DNA from: Bacteroidota bacterium
GTDB lineage: Bacteria > Bacteroidota > Bacteroidia > Chitinophagales > Chitinophagaceae
Reading direction: 5' to 3'
Length of the DNA stretch: 34,644 nt
NCBI GenBank assembly: GCA_023440945.1
Contig: JAEZRL010000510.1
Coordinates: forward strand, 1-34,644
Positions 1-8,112 of this stretch are shown piece by piece. A program made the position numbers and the translations under genes. The notes beneath the pieces were generated by a model. That model was not told the DNA's origin. It did no database searches and was given only the letters and a program-made list of their open reading frames with translations. Within the stretch, counting starts at the first letter, position 1. The number at the start of each line of letters is the position of its first letter.

Positions 1-1
1 T

Positions 2-256
2 TTCCGAAGCGCAGAATTTGATATTATATTTGGTGAAGGCATTAGTAAGATAGGCGAGATATTGGATATGGGTGTTGAACTTGGCATAGTACAAAAAAGC
101 GGAAGCTGGTTTAGTTATGATGGAAATAAATTAGGCCAGGGCCGGGATGCTGTAAAAAATCTTTTATCAGATAATCCGGAACTTGCTAACGAAATCGAAG
201 GTAAAATAAGAGGAAAGATCTTGGAAAGCCAGGTAGCCCCTGTTGCTGTAAAATAA
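2..256 (+). CDS. recA: RecA recombinase, C-terminal part (5' end outside the window)
   Basis: The frame is open from the window edge. Translation [66 protein letters not shown] matches the conserved RecA C-terminal region. TAA stop at 254-256. Confidence 0.9.
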   Translation, partial: FRSAEFDIIFGEGISKIGEILDMGVELGIVQKSGSWFSYDGNKLGQGRDAVKNLLSDNPELANEIEGKIRGKILESQVAPVAVK

Positions 257-316
257 TTACCGATGGGTCGGTAAGTAAAAAGCCATCCTTTTTTGATTTG
301 GATGGCTTTTCTTTAT
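257..316 (+). terminator. Tandem hairpins after recA (probable rho-independent terminator)
   Basis: TTACCGA-tggg-TCGGTAA (257-274), then AGCCATCC-N11-GGATGGCT (281-307) followed by a T-rich tail. Confidence 0.6.
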
Positions 317-403
317 TCAGATAGTTATACTTCTGTTGGGTTATTTTAAGTGAGAAGTGAAACGACAGGTGTAAAATTCGTCTTCCACCTTTTAATTGAA
401 CAC

Positions 404-982
404 TTAGCTTATTCTTGCATCTATCTCTTTACAAATAGCATCAAAAATCTCATCTACACTTCCTTCGCCTTTTATGGTAACAAGTTTATGAAAGCTTTCA
501 TAATAATCAGCAACGATGGATGTTTTTCTGCGATATTCTGCTATGCGATCACGAATCACCTGTTCGTTTGAATCATCTGAACGTCCGCTTGTTAAACCAC
601 GATTTAATAAACGTTTTACAAGTTCTTCTTCACTAACTTCCAAAGCAATTACAACATTAATATCCTGTTGGTTAAACCATAATAATTTATCTAATGCTTC
701 GGCCTGCGCCTGAGTGCGTGGAAAGCCGTCAAACAAAAATCCTTTTGCATCTTTATTATTATTAAGAGCAGAGCTTATCATGCCTATCACTACTTCATCC
801 GGAACAAGAATACCTCTGTCCATGAAATTTTTTGCTTCAATTCCAAGTGTTGTTTGCGTTGCGATCTCGGAGCGCAATAAGTCGCCGGTACTCAAATGTT
901 TTAAACCATACTTCTCAATTATCTTTTCACTTTGCGTTCCTTTACCGCTACCCGGAGGGCCAAACAAAACAATATTGAACAT
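404..982 (-). CDS. adk: Adenylate kinase (short form)
   Basis: 192 aa with P-loop GPPGSGKGTQ, LSTGDLLR and GFLFDGFPRT motifs typical of Adk. Confidence 0.95.
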   Translation of the reverse strand: MFNIVLFGPPGSGKGTQSEKIIEKYGLKHLSTGDLLRSEIATQTTLGIEAKNFMDRGILVPDEVVIGMISSALNNNKDAKGFLFDGFPRTQAQAEALDKLLWFNQQDINVVIALEVSEEELVKRLLNRGLTSGRSDDSNEQVIRDRIAEYRRKTSIVADYYESFHKLVTIKGEGSVDEIFDAICKEIDARIS

Positions 983-1102
983 ACGCTTATGTTTTTTGAA
1001 TGAGCGGCAAATATAGGAAGCATCAATAGAAAATCATTTAATAAAAACGCTTATCCTTTAGATAGTTAAACTCTAAAGATGCAAATTTTTTAAATGATGA
1101 AA

Positions 1103-1981
1103 CTATTTCAAGCTTTTTACCAGTTCATTATAATATTTCACTTCCTGTATAACAGAAGGTAAATTAGTAGGCTGCTCTTCTGCGTCTCTCTCAATATAAA
1201 TGTGCCCTTTAAAGCCTTGCTTCTTCAGTTCCTGGAAGATCGCAGGGAAATCTATAATCCCTGTTCCTGTTGGAACATCTAATAAAGCAGGATTATTATA
1301 CGCGGCAATATCTTTAAAATGAATACCAATGATATGTCCCTGCAATTTTTTTACGGCTTCCAGCGGATTAATACCGCTTTTCGGCCAGTGACCAAGATCA
1401 GCACAGGCGCCAAAATTAGGATGGCCTTTTATCGCCATTAATACTGTATCAGGATTCCAGTAATGACTAAACCCTTTCCAATGTTCATGAATTGCGACTT
1501 TGATACCGTAAGCACCTGCCAGACTATCAATACTGTCCCACATATTTAGTGGTGGTTCTGTTGTAACATATTGCACGCCGAATTGTTTGGCAATATCAAA
1601 TTGTTTTACCCATGATTGTAATGTAGAATCGCCAACGATGTAAAGTGATTCACAGATAAGGCCCTTTTGATTGATAAGCGATTTCAGTTTTTCAATTCCT
1701 GATGGTGATAATTGCAGTATAAGCGAATCTTTCAACTCAGGTCCGGCTTTATGAAAAGTATTAGGCTCGATGTACTTCAATCCGGCACTATCAACTTTAT
1801 CTAAAGATGCAGGAAAATCAACCCGGTGAAAAGTCCATAATGCCACGCCAAATTTCCAGTCCTGGGCAGGATCAGCAGAAGTTGTGATTGAAGAATTGTT
1901 GCTGTTATTAGATGCAGATTGTGCATTACTGCAGGCTGCAAATACAACCATACAACTAAGCGCAGAAAGAAGTGTTCTCAT
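1103..1981 (-). CDS. Sugar phosphate isomerase/epimerase-like TIM-barrel protein with lipoprotein-type signal
   Basis: 292 aa. The N-terminus MRTLLSALSCMVVFAAC is lipobox-like. The body resembles xylose isomerase-like TIM-barrel proteins (IHEHW, GHIIGIHFKD, YIERD). Family call is from motif recollection. Confidence 0.7.
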   Translation of the reverse strand: MRTLLSALSCMVVFAACSNAQSASNNSNNSSITTSADPAQDWKFGVALWTFHRVDFPASLDKVDSAGLKYIEPNTFHKAGPELKDSLILQLSPSGIEKLKSLINQKGLICESLYIVGDSTLQSWVKQFDIAKQFGVQYVTTEPPLNMWDSIDSLAGAYGIKVAIHEHWKGFSHYWNPDTVLMAIKGHPNFGACADLGHWPKSGINPLEAVKKLQGHIIGIHFKDIAAYNNPALLDVPTGTGIIDFPAIFQELKKQGFKGHIYIERDAEEQPTNLPSVIQEVKYYNELVKSLK

Positions 1982-2069
1982 AAAATTTTTTTGATAGAAT
2001 GATGTTTGAAGTGATTTGGAGTTGTTAAAGTAGTGATTTTCATTTGGAAATGAAGCAGTAAGTTATAGA

Positions 2070-2106
2070 AAACAAAAAAGCCCTGAAAGCTAATGCTGTC
2101 AAGGCT
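2070..2106 (-). terminator. Terminator after tRNA-Leu
   Basis: The minus strand reads AGCCTTGACAGC-atta-GCTTTCAGGGCT (12-bp stem, 2 mismatches) followed by TTTTTGTTTT. Confidence 0.55.
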
Positions 2107-2122
2107 TCTATTTTTAAAGCTG

Positions 2123-2208
2123 TGCCCCAGGCGGGACTTGAACCCGCACTCCCGTTGCGGGGAACAGGATTTTAAGTCCTGCGTGTCTACCAATTCCACC
2201 ACCAGGGC
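2123..2208 (-). tRNA. tRNA-Leu (anticodon TAA)
   Basis: Minus strand GCCCTGG..GTGGAATTGGTAGACAC..CAGGA-CTTAAAA-TCCTG..long variable arm CCCCGCAACGGGAG..GCGGG-TTCAAGT-CCCGC-CTGGGGC-A. This is a class II cloverleaf with anticodon loop CT-TAA-AA. No encoded CCA. Confidence 0.9.
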
Positions 2209-2212
2209 TCCG

Positions 2213-2240
2213 AAAAAAAATCCCGCATTAAGCGGGAATC
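2213..2240 (-). terminator. Terminator-like hairpin between tRNA-Gly and tRNA-Leu
   Basis: The minus strand reads GATTCCCGC-ttaat-GCGGGA followed by TTTTTTTT. The T-run ends 4 nt before the tRNA-Leu 5' end. Confidence 0.5.
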
Positions 2241-2243
2241 CAG

Positions 2244-2316
2244 AGCGGAAGACCGGGCTCGAACCGGCCACCCCAACCTTGGCAAGGTTGTGCTCTACCA
2301 AATGAGCTACTTCCGC
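2244..2316 (-). tRNA. tRNA-Gly (anticodon GCC)
   Basis: Minus strand GCGGAAG-TA-GCTC-ATTTGGTA-GAGC-A-CAACC-TTGCCAA-GGTTG-GGGTG-GCCGG-TTCGAGC-CCGGT-CTTCCGC-T. Canonical 73-nt cloverleaf. Confidence 0.92.
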
Positions 2317-2393
2317 TTGTTTTATAAAGAACTTTATTTGGGAGTGCAAAAATAGGGAACTGAATTTTATAGCAAAATTTTTGCGCAGGTTTT

Positions 2394-2594
2394 TTATTTA
2401 TACTCCGGTGTGTACTTGGTGTTACCCGGCACTTCCACGTTTGGCTTACCTTGATAACGATGCTGGTACAATTTATAACATCCACCAATTGACCAAGCTA
2501 CAAAACAGCCTACGGTTACAAAAAATAAAAAACGGGAAGAGCTAACCCAGTTGTATCCAAAATCTTTCTGTTTGCTATTGTCTGTTTCTACCAT
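2394..2594 (-). CDS. Hypothetical small membrane protein
   Basis: 66 aa with one hydrophobic helix (FLFFVTVGCFVAWSIGGC), 47 nt downstream of the GT2 gene on the same strand. No recognisable family. Confidence 0.35.
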   Translation of the reverse strand: MVETDNSKQKDFGYNWVSSSRFLFFVTVGCFVAWSIGGCYKLYQHRYQGKPNVEVPGNTKYTPEYK

Positions 2595-2641
2595 AACATT
2601 GCGTTAATAGGCTGCAAAAATAAGGCTCATTCTATAAATTA

Positions 2642-3667
2642 TCATTCTTCTGACTGAATAATTTCTTTGAAAGATTTTTTATGCCCGATAAAATAGCTCC
2701 AAACAACAGATTTGCGCATAACGCCTTTCAAACTTTTCATCGGTTTTTTTGGTAAAACAAGTACATTTTTTTTCTGTGAATTCCATTTCAATACAGCGAT
2801 ATGAGCCTGGAAAACTGCTTTGAAAGAAGATACATCTCCACTAATTAAAGCTTTGAAAGCAAAAAGTATATCTAAAAAAATACGTAATGGTATCTTCCAC
2901 AGTTTTTCAGTTGAAGGAAGATTTTTGCAAAGCATTATTAAGTTGTTGCGAAAATTGAGAAACGTTTTTCTGTCTCCTTTTGGTAATGTACCACCACCAA
3001 CATGATAAACAACAGAAGCCGGACAAGCCGCGATGTTATAACCTGTTCTTTGCAATCGCCAGCAAAGATCAATTTCTTCCATGTGGGCAAAAAAGAAATC
3101 ATCGAAGCCTCCAACTTCATGAAACAATTCAGATCGCACAAACATTGCAGCGCCTGATGCCCAAAATATATACGCGTTTTTATCGTATTGTCCTTTATCT
3201 TTTTCAAGTGTTTCAAATACACGTCCTCTTGCAAAAGGATAACCTAAATAATCAATCCATCCACCTACACCGCCTGCATATTCAAAATAATTGCGTTGTT
3301 TATAATCTAACAGTTTTGGTTGGCAAGCCGCAATTGTTTTATCTTCTTCCATTAGTTTTATCACAGGTTCTATCCAGTCTTTCGTAACTTCCACATCTGA
3401 ATTAAGCAACACATAATAATTTGCTTCAACCTGTTTCAATGCTTTGTTATAACCTGAGGTAAAGCCATAATTTTCATCAAAACAAATCAGTTCAACAGAA
3501 GAAAAATTTTGCTGTACAAAAGTTACCGAATCGTCGGTAGAAGCATTATCTGCAAGAATAATCTTTATAGGATTGTAAGTGGAAGCAAGCACAGAAGGAA
3601 GAAAAGTTTCTAAATATTTTCTTCCGTTATAATTCAAAATAACAACCGCAACTAAAGGCAAAGACAA
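2642..3667 (-). CDS. Family 2 glycosyltransferase
   Basis: 341 aa. N-terminal VVILNYNGRKYLETFLPSVL, DNASTDDS, LLNSDVEV and SGAAMFVR motifs are typical of GT2 (rhamnosyltransferase-like) enzymes. Confidence 0.88.
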   Translation of the reverse strand: MSLPLVAVVILNYNGRKYLETFLPSVLASTYNPIKIILADNASTDDSVTFVQQNFSSVELICFDENYGFTSGYNKALKQVEANYYVLLNSDVEVTKDWIEPVIKLMEEDKTIAACQPKLLDYKQRNYFEYAGGVGGWIDYLGYPFARGRVFETLEKDKGQYDKNAYIFWASGAAMFVRSELFHEVGGFDDFFFAHMEEIDLCWRLQRTGYNIAACPASVVYHVGGGTLPKGDRKTFLNFRNNLIMLCKNLPSTEKLWKIPLRIFLDILFAFKALISGDVSSFKAVFQAHIAVLKWNSQKKNVLVLPKKPMKSLKGVMRKSVVWSYFIGHKKSFKEIIQSEE

Positions 3668-3787
3668 GATTTATAATTTCATCAAAAATAAAGCTATTAT
3701 ATAATGGATGGAATGCAATGAAATATCAGGGAATATTCTCAGCGCATAAAATAAATTTCATATTTAGTTTTTTATTTTTTGTAAATG

Positions 3788-3877
3788 TTTTTTGTACTTG
3801 GCTGCATTGCTGCTATTGTACTTCCGTTGTGTCACTCACTTCAAGGTTTTGTTCTTTATTCAGCAAGAATGAAAGCG
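3788..3877 (-). repeat. Intergenic repeat family, copy A
   Basis: Minus-strand core GAAGTGAGTGACACAAC (3826-3842). It has the shared flanking blocks TTGCTG..AAGAACAAAACCTT upstream and ..GCCAAGTAC + A6 downstream. Lies between the divergent GT2 and Rrf2 genes. Extent is approximate. Confidence 0.8.
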
Positions 3878-3944
3878 ATTGACGAAATGTAAAAGTTCCA
3901 ATAATTATAAATAAGTAAGCATCATGTTGTGTATTTTTACGGCG

Positions 3945-4394
3945 ATGCTTTCCAAAAAAACAAAATATGCGATCAATGCGTTAGTTTATTTAGCAAAAAA
4001 TAATACAGGCGAGCCGGTTCAGATAAGTAAGATCGCAGAAAGTGAAAATATTCCCCGCAAATTTCTTGAAGCTATACTTCTTGATCTTCGTAATGCAGGT
4101 ATGCTCAGCAGTAAAAAAGGTAAAACCGGAGGATACTATTTATTGCAAAGCCCGGAAGAAATAAATGTTGCAGAAATAGTCCGTTTGTTTGAAGGTGCTA
4201 TTGCATTACTTCCCTGCGTGGCTCATCGTTATTATGAACGCTGTGAAGAATGTAAAGACGAAGCTACCTGTGGCATCCGCGATGTTTTTTCTGATGTAAG
4301 AAACGAAACCGTTAATATGCTCAAGCAGGCAACTTTGGCGCAGATAATTCAGCGTGAACAGGCGCTCGAAAACTCTCTTAAAAAAATAAAATAA
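3945..4394 (+). CDS. Rrf2 family transcriptional regulator with a 4-Cys cluster
   Basis: Start chosen at MLSKKTKYAINALVYLAK, the typical Rrf2 N-terminus; the ORF track starts 21 nt earlier. It has a wHTH region and Cys91-x8-Cys100-x2-Cys103-x5-Cys109, comparable in position to the IscR/NsrR cluster ligands. Confidence 0.85.
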   Translation: MLSKKTKYAINALVYLAKNNTGEPVQISKIAESENIPRKFLEAILLDLRNAGMLSSKKGKTGGYYLLQSPEEINVAEIVRLFEGAIALLPCVAHRYYERCEECKDEATCGIRDVFSDVRNETVNMLKQATLAQIIQREQALENSLKKIK

Positions 4395-4408
4395 AATTTT
4401 TTTAAATT

Positions 4409-4433
4409 AATTCCTATTAAATCAATAGGAATT
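4409..4433. promoter_or_regulatory. Perfect 10-bp inverted repeat AATTCCTATT-aaatc-AATAGGAATT (candidate operator or terminator stem)
   Basis: Read directly from the sequence. Sits 15 nt after the Rrf2 stop and 26 nt before the DUF2490 start. No T-run follows. Confidence 0.5.
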
Positions 4434-4458
4434 GTAGATTTGATAAAAATTTTAAAAT

Positions 4459-5271
4459 ATGAACAAACAACCAAAACTAACTACACCCTACAAAAAGGCT
4501 GTAAACCAAGTATTCATCTTGCTTATTTTTAGTGCTTTCGCCAATCCTTCAAAAACCATTGCACAAAAAACCCACATTCATCAAACACAATTATGGTATG
4601 CGTATTTCAATACGCTAAAATTTAGTGATAACTATCGTTTAGTTACAGATGTACAGGAAAGACAGTTTATTGAACCGGTTGGTTCGCAAGGAAATTTTAT
4701 TCTTCGTACTATTCTTTATAGGAATCTTGGTAACAACTGGGAAGCCGGTTTAGGGTCGGCACTTTTTTTTAACAGCCCACAGAAAGTTCCTTCTCCCACT
4801 AACACTGTAATACCAGAAATAAGGCCAACACTTGATATCGTGAACAAACAAAAAGTAGGCAAATTAAATATTGGCCATCGTTATCGTGCTGAAGCAAGAT
4901 TTAACCACAATTCATCCGATGGTAAACTTGTTGGTGGCTATACTTTCAGCAATTTTCGTTTTCGCTACCAGATATCTGCTGATTATCCCATTATAAGAAA
5001 TGCAGAGAAAAAAACAATTTTAGCCGTGAAAGTATATGATGAAGTTCATGTGAATTTCGGAAAAAAAATAATCTCCAACTCGTTCGATCAAAACAGAATT
5101 TACGGCGGTTTTACTTACAATGTCAGTAATGCTTTTGCTGTTGATCTTGGTTATCTATTCTGGTTCCAGGAAACAAGTGATGGCAAATCTTATTACGACA
5201 GGAATGTTTTCCGTCTCGGTATAAATCATCGAATTGATTTGAGCAAATCATCTGCTAACAACAAGAAATAA
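4459..5271 (+). CDS. DUF2490-like outer-membrane protein
   Basis: 270 aa with a signal peptide ending TIAQ. QLWYAYFNTLKFSDNYRL..VQERQF.., ..RPTLD.., HRYRAEARF, FRFRYQ and FDQNRIYGGF follow the DUF2490 pattern as I recall it, with alternating beta-strand character. Confidence 0.6.
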   Translation: MNKQPKLTTPYKKAVNQVFILLIFSAFANPSKTIAQKTHIHQTQLWYAYFNTLKFSDNYRLVTDVQERQFIEPVGSQGNFILRTILYRNLGNNWEAGLGSALFFNSPQKVPSPTNTVIPEIRPTLDIVNKQKVGKLNIGHRYRAEARFNHNSSDGKLVGGYTFSNFRFRYQISADYPIIRNAEKKTILAVKVYDEVHVNFGKKIISNSFDQNRIYGGFTYNVSNAFAVDLGYLFWFQETSDGKSYYDRNVFRLGINHRIDLSKSSANNKK

Positions 5272-5316
5272 CCTCGGCAAAAAATACACTTCACTTTTCC
5301 TTTAAAAATTATAAAA

Positions 5317-6282
5317 ATGAATTTCATCAAAAAAGCATTCCTCCCTTTATCTGTGCTTATCGTATTAAATTCCTGCAGTACGAAAGATGATAATAATGAT
5401 AAAGATCAAACAGTTTCTATTTCTTTTTCAGGTGCATTTGCATTATATCCATTAGCGCAAAAATGGGCGGAAGAATACAATAAAACGCACCCAAACATTC
5501 GCTTCGATATTCAGGCAGGTGGTGCGGGAAAAGGATTAACAGATGCGCTTTCCGGTGCAGTTGATGTTGGCATGTTTTCCCGTGAAATAACAGATGCGGA
5601 AAAAGCAAAAGGTGTGTGGTGGATTTCTTTATGTAAAGATGCTGTGCTTCCAACAGTTAATTCATCCAATCCTGATATCAATACATTGCGAACACAGGGA
5701 TTGACCAAAGAACAATTTGAATCAATCTTTACAAACAAACAACCACAAACCTGGGAAAGCCTGTTACGTCTTCCTTCTAAATCATCCAATAAAATCTCCG
5801 TTTATACCCGTGCTGATGCCGCTGGTGCTGCAGATTCCTGGGCCGCATTTTTTGGTAAGAAACAAGAAAACCTGCAGGGCATAGGTGTTTCAGGTGATCC
5901 GGGTGTTGCAGATGCTGTAAGAAAAGATAAGAATGGCATTGGTTACAACAATACATTGTTTGTATTCGACATTAACAGCGGTAAAAAAAATCCGGGTATC
6001 GAAGTGGCGCCTATTGATGTAAATGGCAATGGTAAGATTGATGAAGATGAAAATGTATATACTGATCTAAAAACTTTTTTAGAAGCGGTAAACAATGGAA
6101 AATTCCCTTCCCCGCCTGCACGTGATCTTTACTTTATCACTAAAGGAAAGCCCGTTAAGAAGGAAGTGACAGATTTTTTTAAATGGGTGTTAACGGATGG
6201 ACAAAAATATGTTCAGTCTGCAGGTTATGTGCCTTTGCCTGCCAACACCATTGATGAACAAAAAAGCAAGCTCGATCAATAA
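5317..6282 (+). CDS. pstS: PstS-family phosphate-binding lipoprotein
   Basis: 321 aa with a lipobox (LNSC). SGAFALYPLAQKWAEEY..IQAGGAGKGLTDALSGAVDVGMFSREI is typical of PBP-like-2/PstS proteins. Confidence 0.8.
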   Translation: MNFIKKAFLPLSVLIVLNSCSTKDDNNDKDQTVSISFSGAFALYPLAQKWAEEYNKTHPNIRFDIQAGGAGKGLTDALSGAVDVGMFSREITDAEKAKGVWWISLCKDAVLPTVNSSNPDINTLRTQGLTKEQFESIFTNKQPQTWESLLRLPSKSSNKISVYTRADAAGAADSWAAFFGKKQENLQGIGVSGDPGVADAVRKDKNGIGYNNTLFVFDINSGKKNPGIEVAPIDVNGNGKIDEDENVYTDLKTFLEAVNNGKFPSPPARDLYFITKGKPVKKEVTDFFKWVLTDGQKYVQSAGYVPLPANTIDEQKSKLDQ

Positions 6283-6297
6283 AAAACAGAGGTTCAT

Positions 6298-6346
6298 GCC
6301 GGTAGCGAAAATGGTTACGGTTTATCGAAACGTTACCGGCTTTTTT
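6298..6346 (+). terminator. Intra-operon hairpin between pstS and pstC (attenuator/partial terminator)
   Basis: GCCGGTAGCG (6298-6307) pairs with CGTTACCGGC (6331-6340) with 1 mismatch, followed by TTTTTT (6341-6346). Confidence 0.6.
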
Positions 6347-6369
6347 AAACACTTGCTCAAATGTTTTAA

Positions 6370-7254
6370 ATGAACAGACGAAAATTAATTGACAATATTT
6401 CATCCCGATGGATGTTGCTATGTCTTGTATTTTTTTTATTGTTGCCATTGGCAATAGGTGCAGGACTTGTTTTTAAATCAACTGACTTGTTGCAAAATCA
6501 TTCTATCACTAAACTTATTTTTTCTTCTGACTGGTCGCCGTCAAACGGTCAATTTGGTTTTTGGCCGTTTATCTTAAGTTCTTTATGGGTAACGCTTGCT
6601 GCTTTGCTAATTGCATTGCCTTTGTGTTTACTTGCAAGCATTTATCTTACACAATTTGCACCGGTCTGGATGCTGAAATTTATGCGTCCTGTAATTGATA
6701 TTCTTGCGGGCATTCCTTCTGTTGTTTATGGGGTTTGGGGTGTTCTTGTTATTGTTCCTTTGGTGGGAGATAAAATTGCTCCTTTGTTTCATAAAGAATC
6801 TATTGGTTATAGCATTCTTGCCGGGGCATTGGTTTTGGCAGTAATGAGTATTCCCTACATTTTAAATATGCTGCTTGAAGTATTCAGGCAAATCCCTGTT
6901 GAATTAGGCGAAGCTTCTTTATCACTTGGTGCAACAAAATGGGAAACGATAAAACATGTTTTTATACGTAAAGGTGGAACCGGAATTATATCCTCTTATG
7001 GACTTGGTTTTTCAAAAGCATTGGGAGAAACAATTGCTGTTTTAATGGTTGTTGGCAATGTTGTGCAGAAACCTTCATCGTTGTTTGATGCAGGTTATCC
7101 TTTGCCAGCGCTTATTGCAAATAATTATGGTGAAATGATGTCTATTCCATCTTATGATTCAGCATTAATGTTTGCTTCGCTGGTGCTTTTTGTTATCATT
7201 CTTATCATCAATATTTTTTTCCGTTACCTCATTTATAAATCTGAAGTTGTATGA
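6370..7254 (+). CDS. pstC: Phosphate ABC transporter permease PstC
   Basis: 294 aa, multi-TM, with an EAS.SLGATKWETI.. EAA-loop-type motif. Positioned between pstS and pstA. Confidence 0.85.
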   Translation: MNRRKLIDNISSRWMLLCLVFFLLLPLAIGAGLVFKSTDLLQNHSITKLIFSSDWSPSNGQFGFWPFILSSLWVTLAALLIALPLCLLASIYLTQFAPVWMLKFMRPVIDILAGIPSVVYGVWGVLVIVPLVGDKIAPLFHKESIGYSILAGALVLAVMSIPYILNMLLEVFRQIPVELGEASLSLGATKWETIKHVFIRKGGTGIISSYGLGFSKALGETIAVLMVVGNVVQKPSSLFDAGYPLPALIANNYGEMMSIPSYDSALMFASLVLFVIILIINIFFRYLIYKSEVV

Positions 7255-8087
7255 AGTTATCCCGCAAAATTGAACAAAGTTTTTTCACGTATTTATCTGC
7301 TGCTGTAACACTTGTTATTGTATTGGTGTTGGCCTATATTCTTTTTGTTATCATTAAAAAAGGATACTCTTCTCTCTCCTGGGAAATACTTTCACAGGAA
7401 CCAAAAGGCGGATTTTATTTTGGAAGAGAAGGTGGCATTTTAAATGCAATAACAGGTTCGTTTTATCTGGCTGTGGGTGCAACGATAATCGCTTTTATAG
7501 TGAGTTTACCTGTTGCATTATTTATGAATGTTTATCTTGTACGGTTTCAAAAATTGTTGGTAGGCATTCGTTTTTTTCTCGATGTTTTGTGGGGTATTCC
7601 TTCGATTGTTTATGGCACTTTTGGATTTATTATCTTATTATTTTTTGGATTGAAAAATTCTTTAGGCGCAGGAATGATTACTGTTGCTGCACTTATATCT
7701 CCTATTATGATAAGAGCAATGGATGAAGTTTTAAAAACCATCCCTATCGGTTTACAGGAAGCCGCTTATTCATTAGGCTCTAACAAAACGGAAACCGCTT
7801 ATAAAGTTTTTTTCAGGCAGGCTTTACCGGGATTTGCTACAGCTATTTTACTCGCTTTTGGCAGAGGTATCGGTGATGCAGCTTCTGTTTTATTTACAGC
7901 AGGCTACACAGATCATATTCCACGAAATCTTAGCGATCCAACAGCAACACTTCCTCTTGCCATTTTCTTTCAACTTAGTTCACCGATAGAAGCTGTGCAA
8001 AACCGTGCATTTGCAGCAGCGATCATTCTAACTTTTATTGTTCTCTGTATCAGTATAACATCCCGTTTGTTATACAAAAGAAAATAA
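7251..8087 (+). CDS. pstA: Phosphate ABC transporter permease PstA
   Basis: 278 aa, multi-TM, with motif EAAYSLGSNKTET. The start overlaps the pstC stop (ATGA). Confidence 0.85.
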   Translation: MKLSRKIEQSFFTYLSAAVTLVIVLVLAYILFVIIKKGYSSLSWEILSQEPKGGFYFGREGGILNAITGSFYLAVGATIIAFIVSLPVALFMNVYLVRFQKLLVGIRFFLDVLWGIPSIVYGTFGFIILLFFGLKNSLGAGMITVAALISPIMIRAMDEVLKTIPIGLQEAAYSLGSNKTETAYKVFFRQALPGFATAILLAFGRGIGDAASVLFTAGYTDHIPRNLSDPTATLPLAIFFQLSSPIEAVQNRAFAAAIILTFIVLCISITSRLLYKRK

Positions 8088-8112
8088 AACAATCATTGCT
8101 AAAATCAAACTT

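Noticed and set aside
1978-2349. 123-aa ORF (and the overlapping ORFs 2093-2305 and 2228-2488) across the tRNA region.
   Set aside because: They are fully explained by two canonical tRNA genes and their hairpins. The translation has no protein-like features.
3788-3797. The A6/T6 runs at the repeat ends read as intrinsic terminator U-tracts or as exact Bacteroidota -7 boxes (TAnnTTTG).
   Set aside because: In most copies no stable GC-rich hairpin precedes the T-run in either orientation; only G abuts a real terminator stem. Most boxes read TA-T6-G, one T longer than the consensus. Promoter function remains only a hypothesis and is noted in the findings.
3785-3892. Small hydrophobic ORFs on the reverse strand of the repeat copies. 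Examples are 3785-3892 (MFFVLGCIAAIVLPLCHSLQ..., 35 aa), 12769-12999 (76 aa), 28041-28136 (MFVVYFLYPAFEYASS..., 31 aa) and the N-terminus of 33765-34103. They could suggest a family of toxin-like peptides.
   Set aside because: The best conserved nucleotides (the core) are read in three different frames in different copies: LCHSL in A, VVSLTS in B, CVTHF in C. Single-nt indels shift the frames, several copies lack any start codon, and H has early stops. Conservation is at the nucleotide level, not the protein level.
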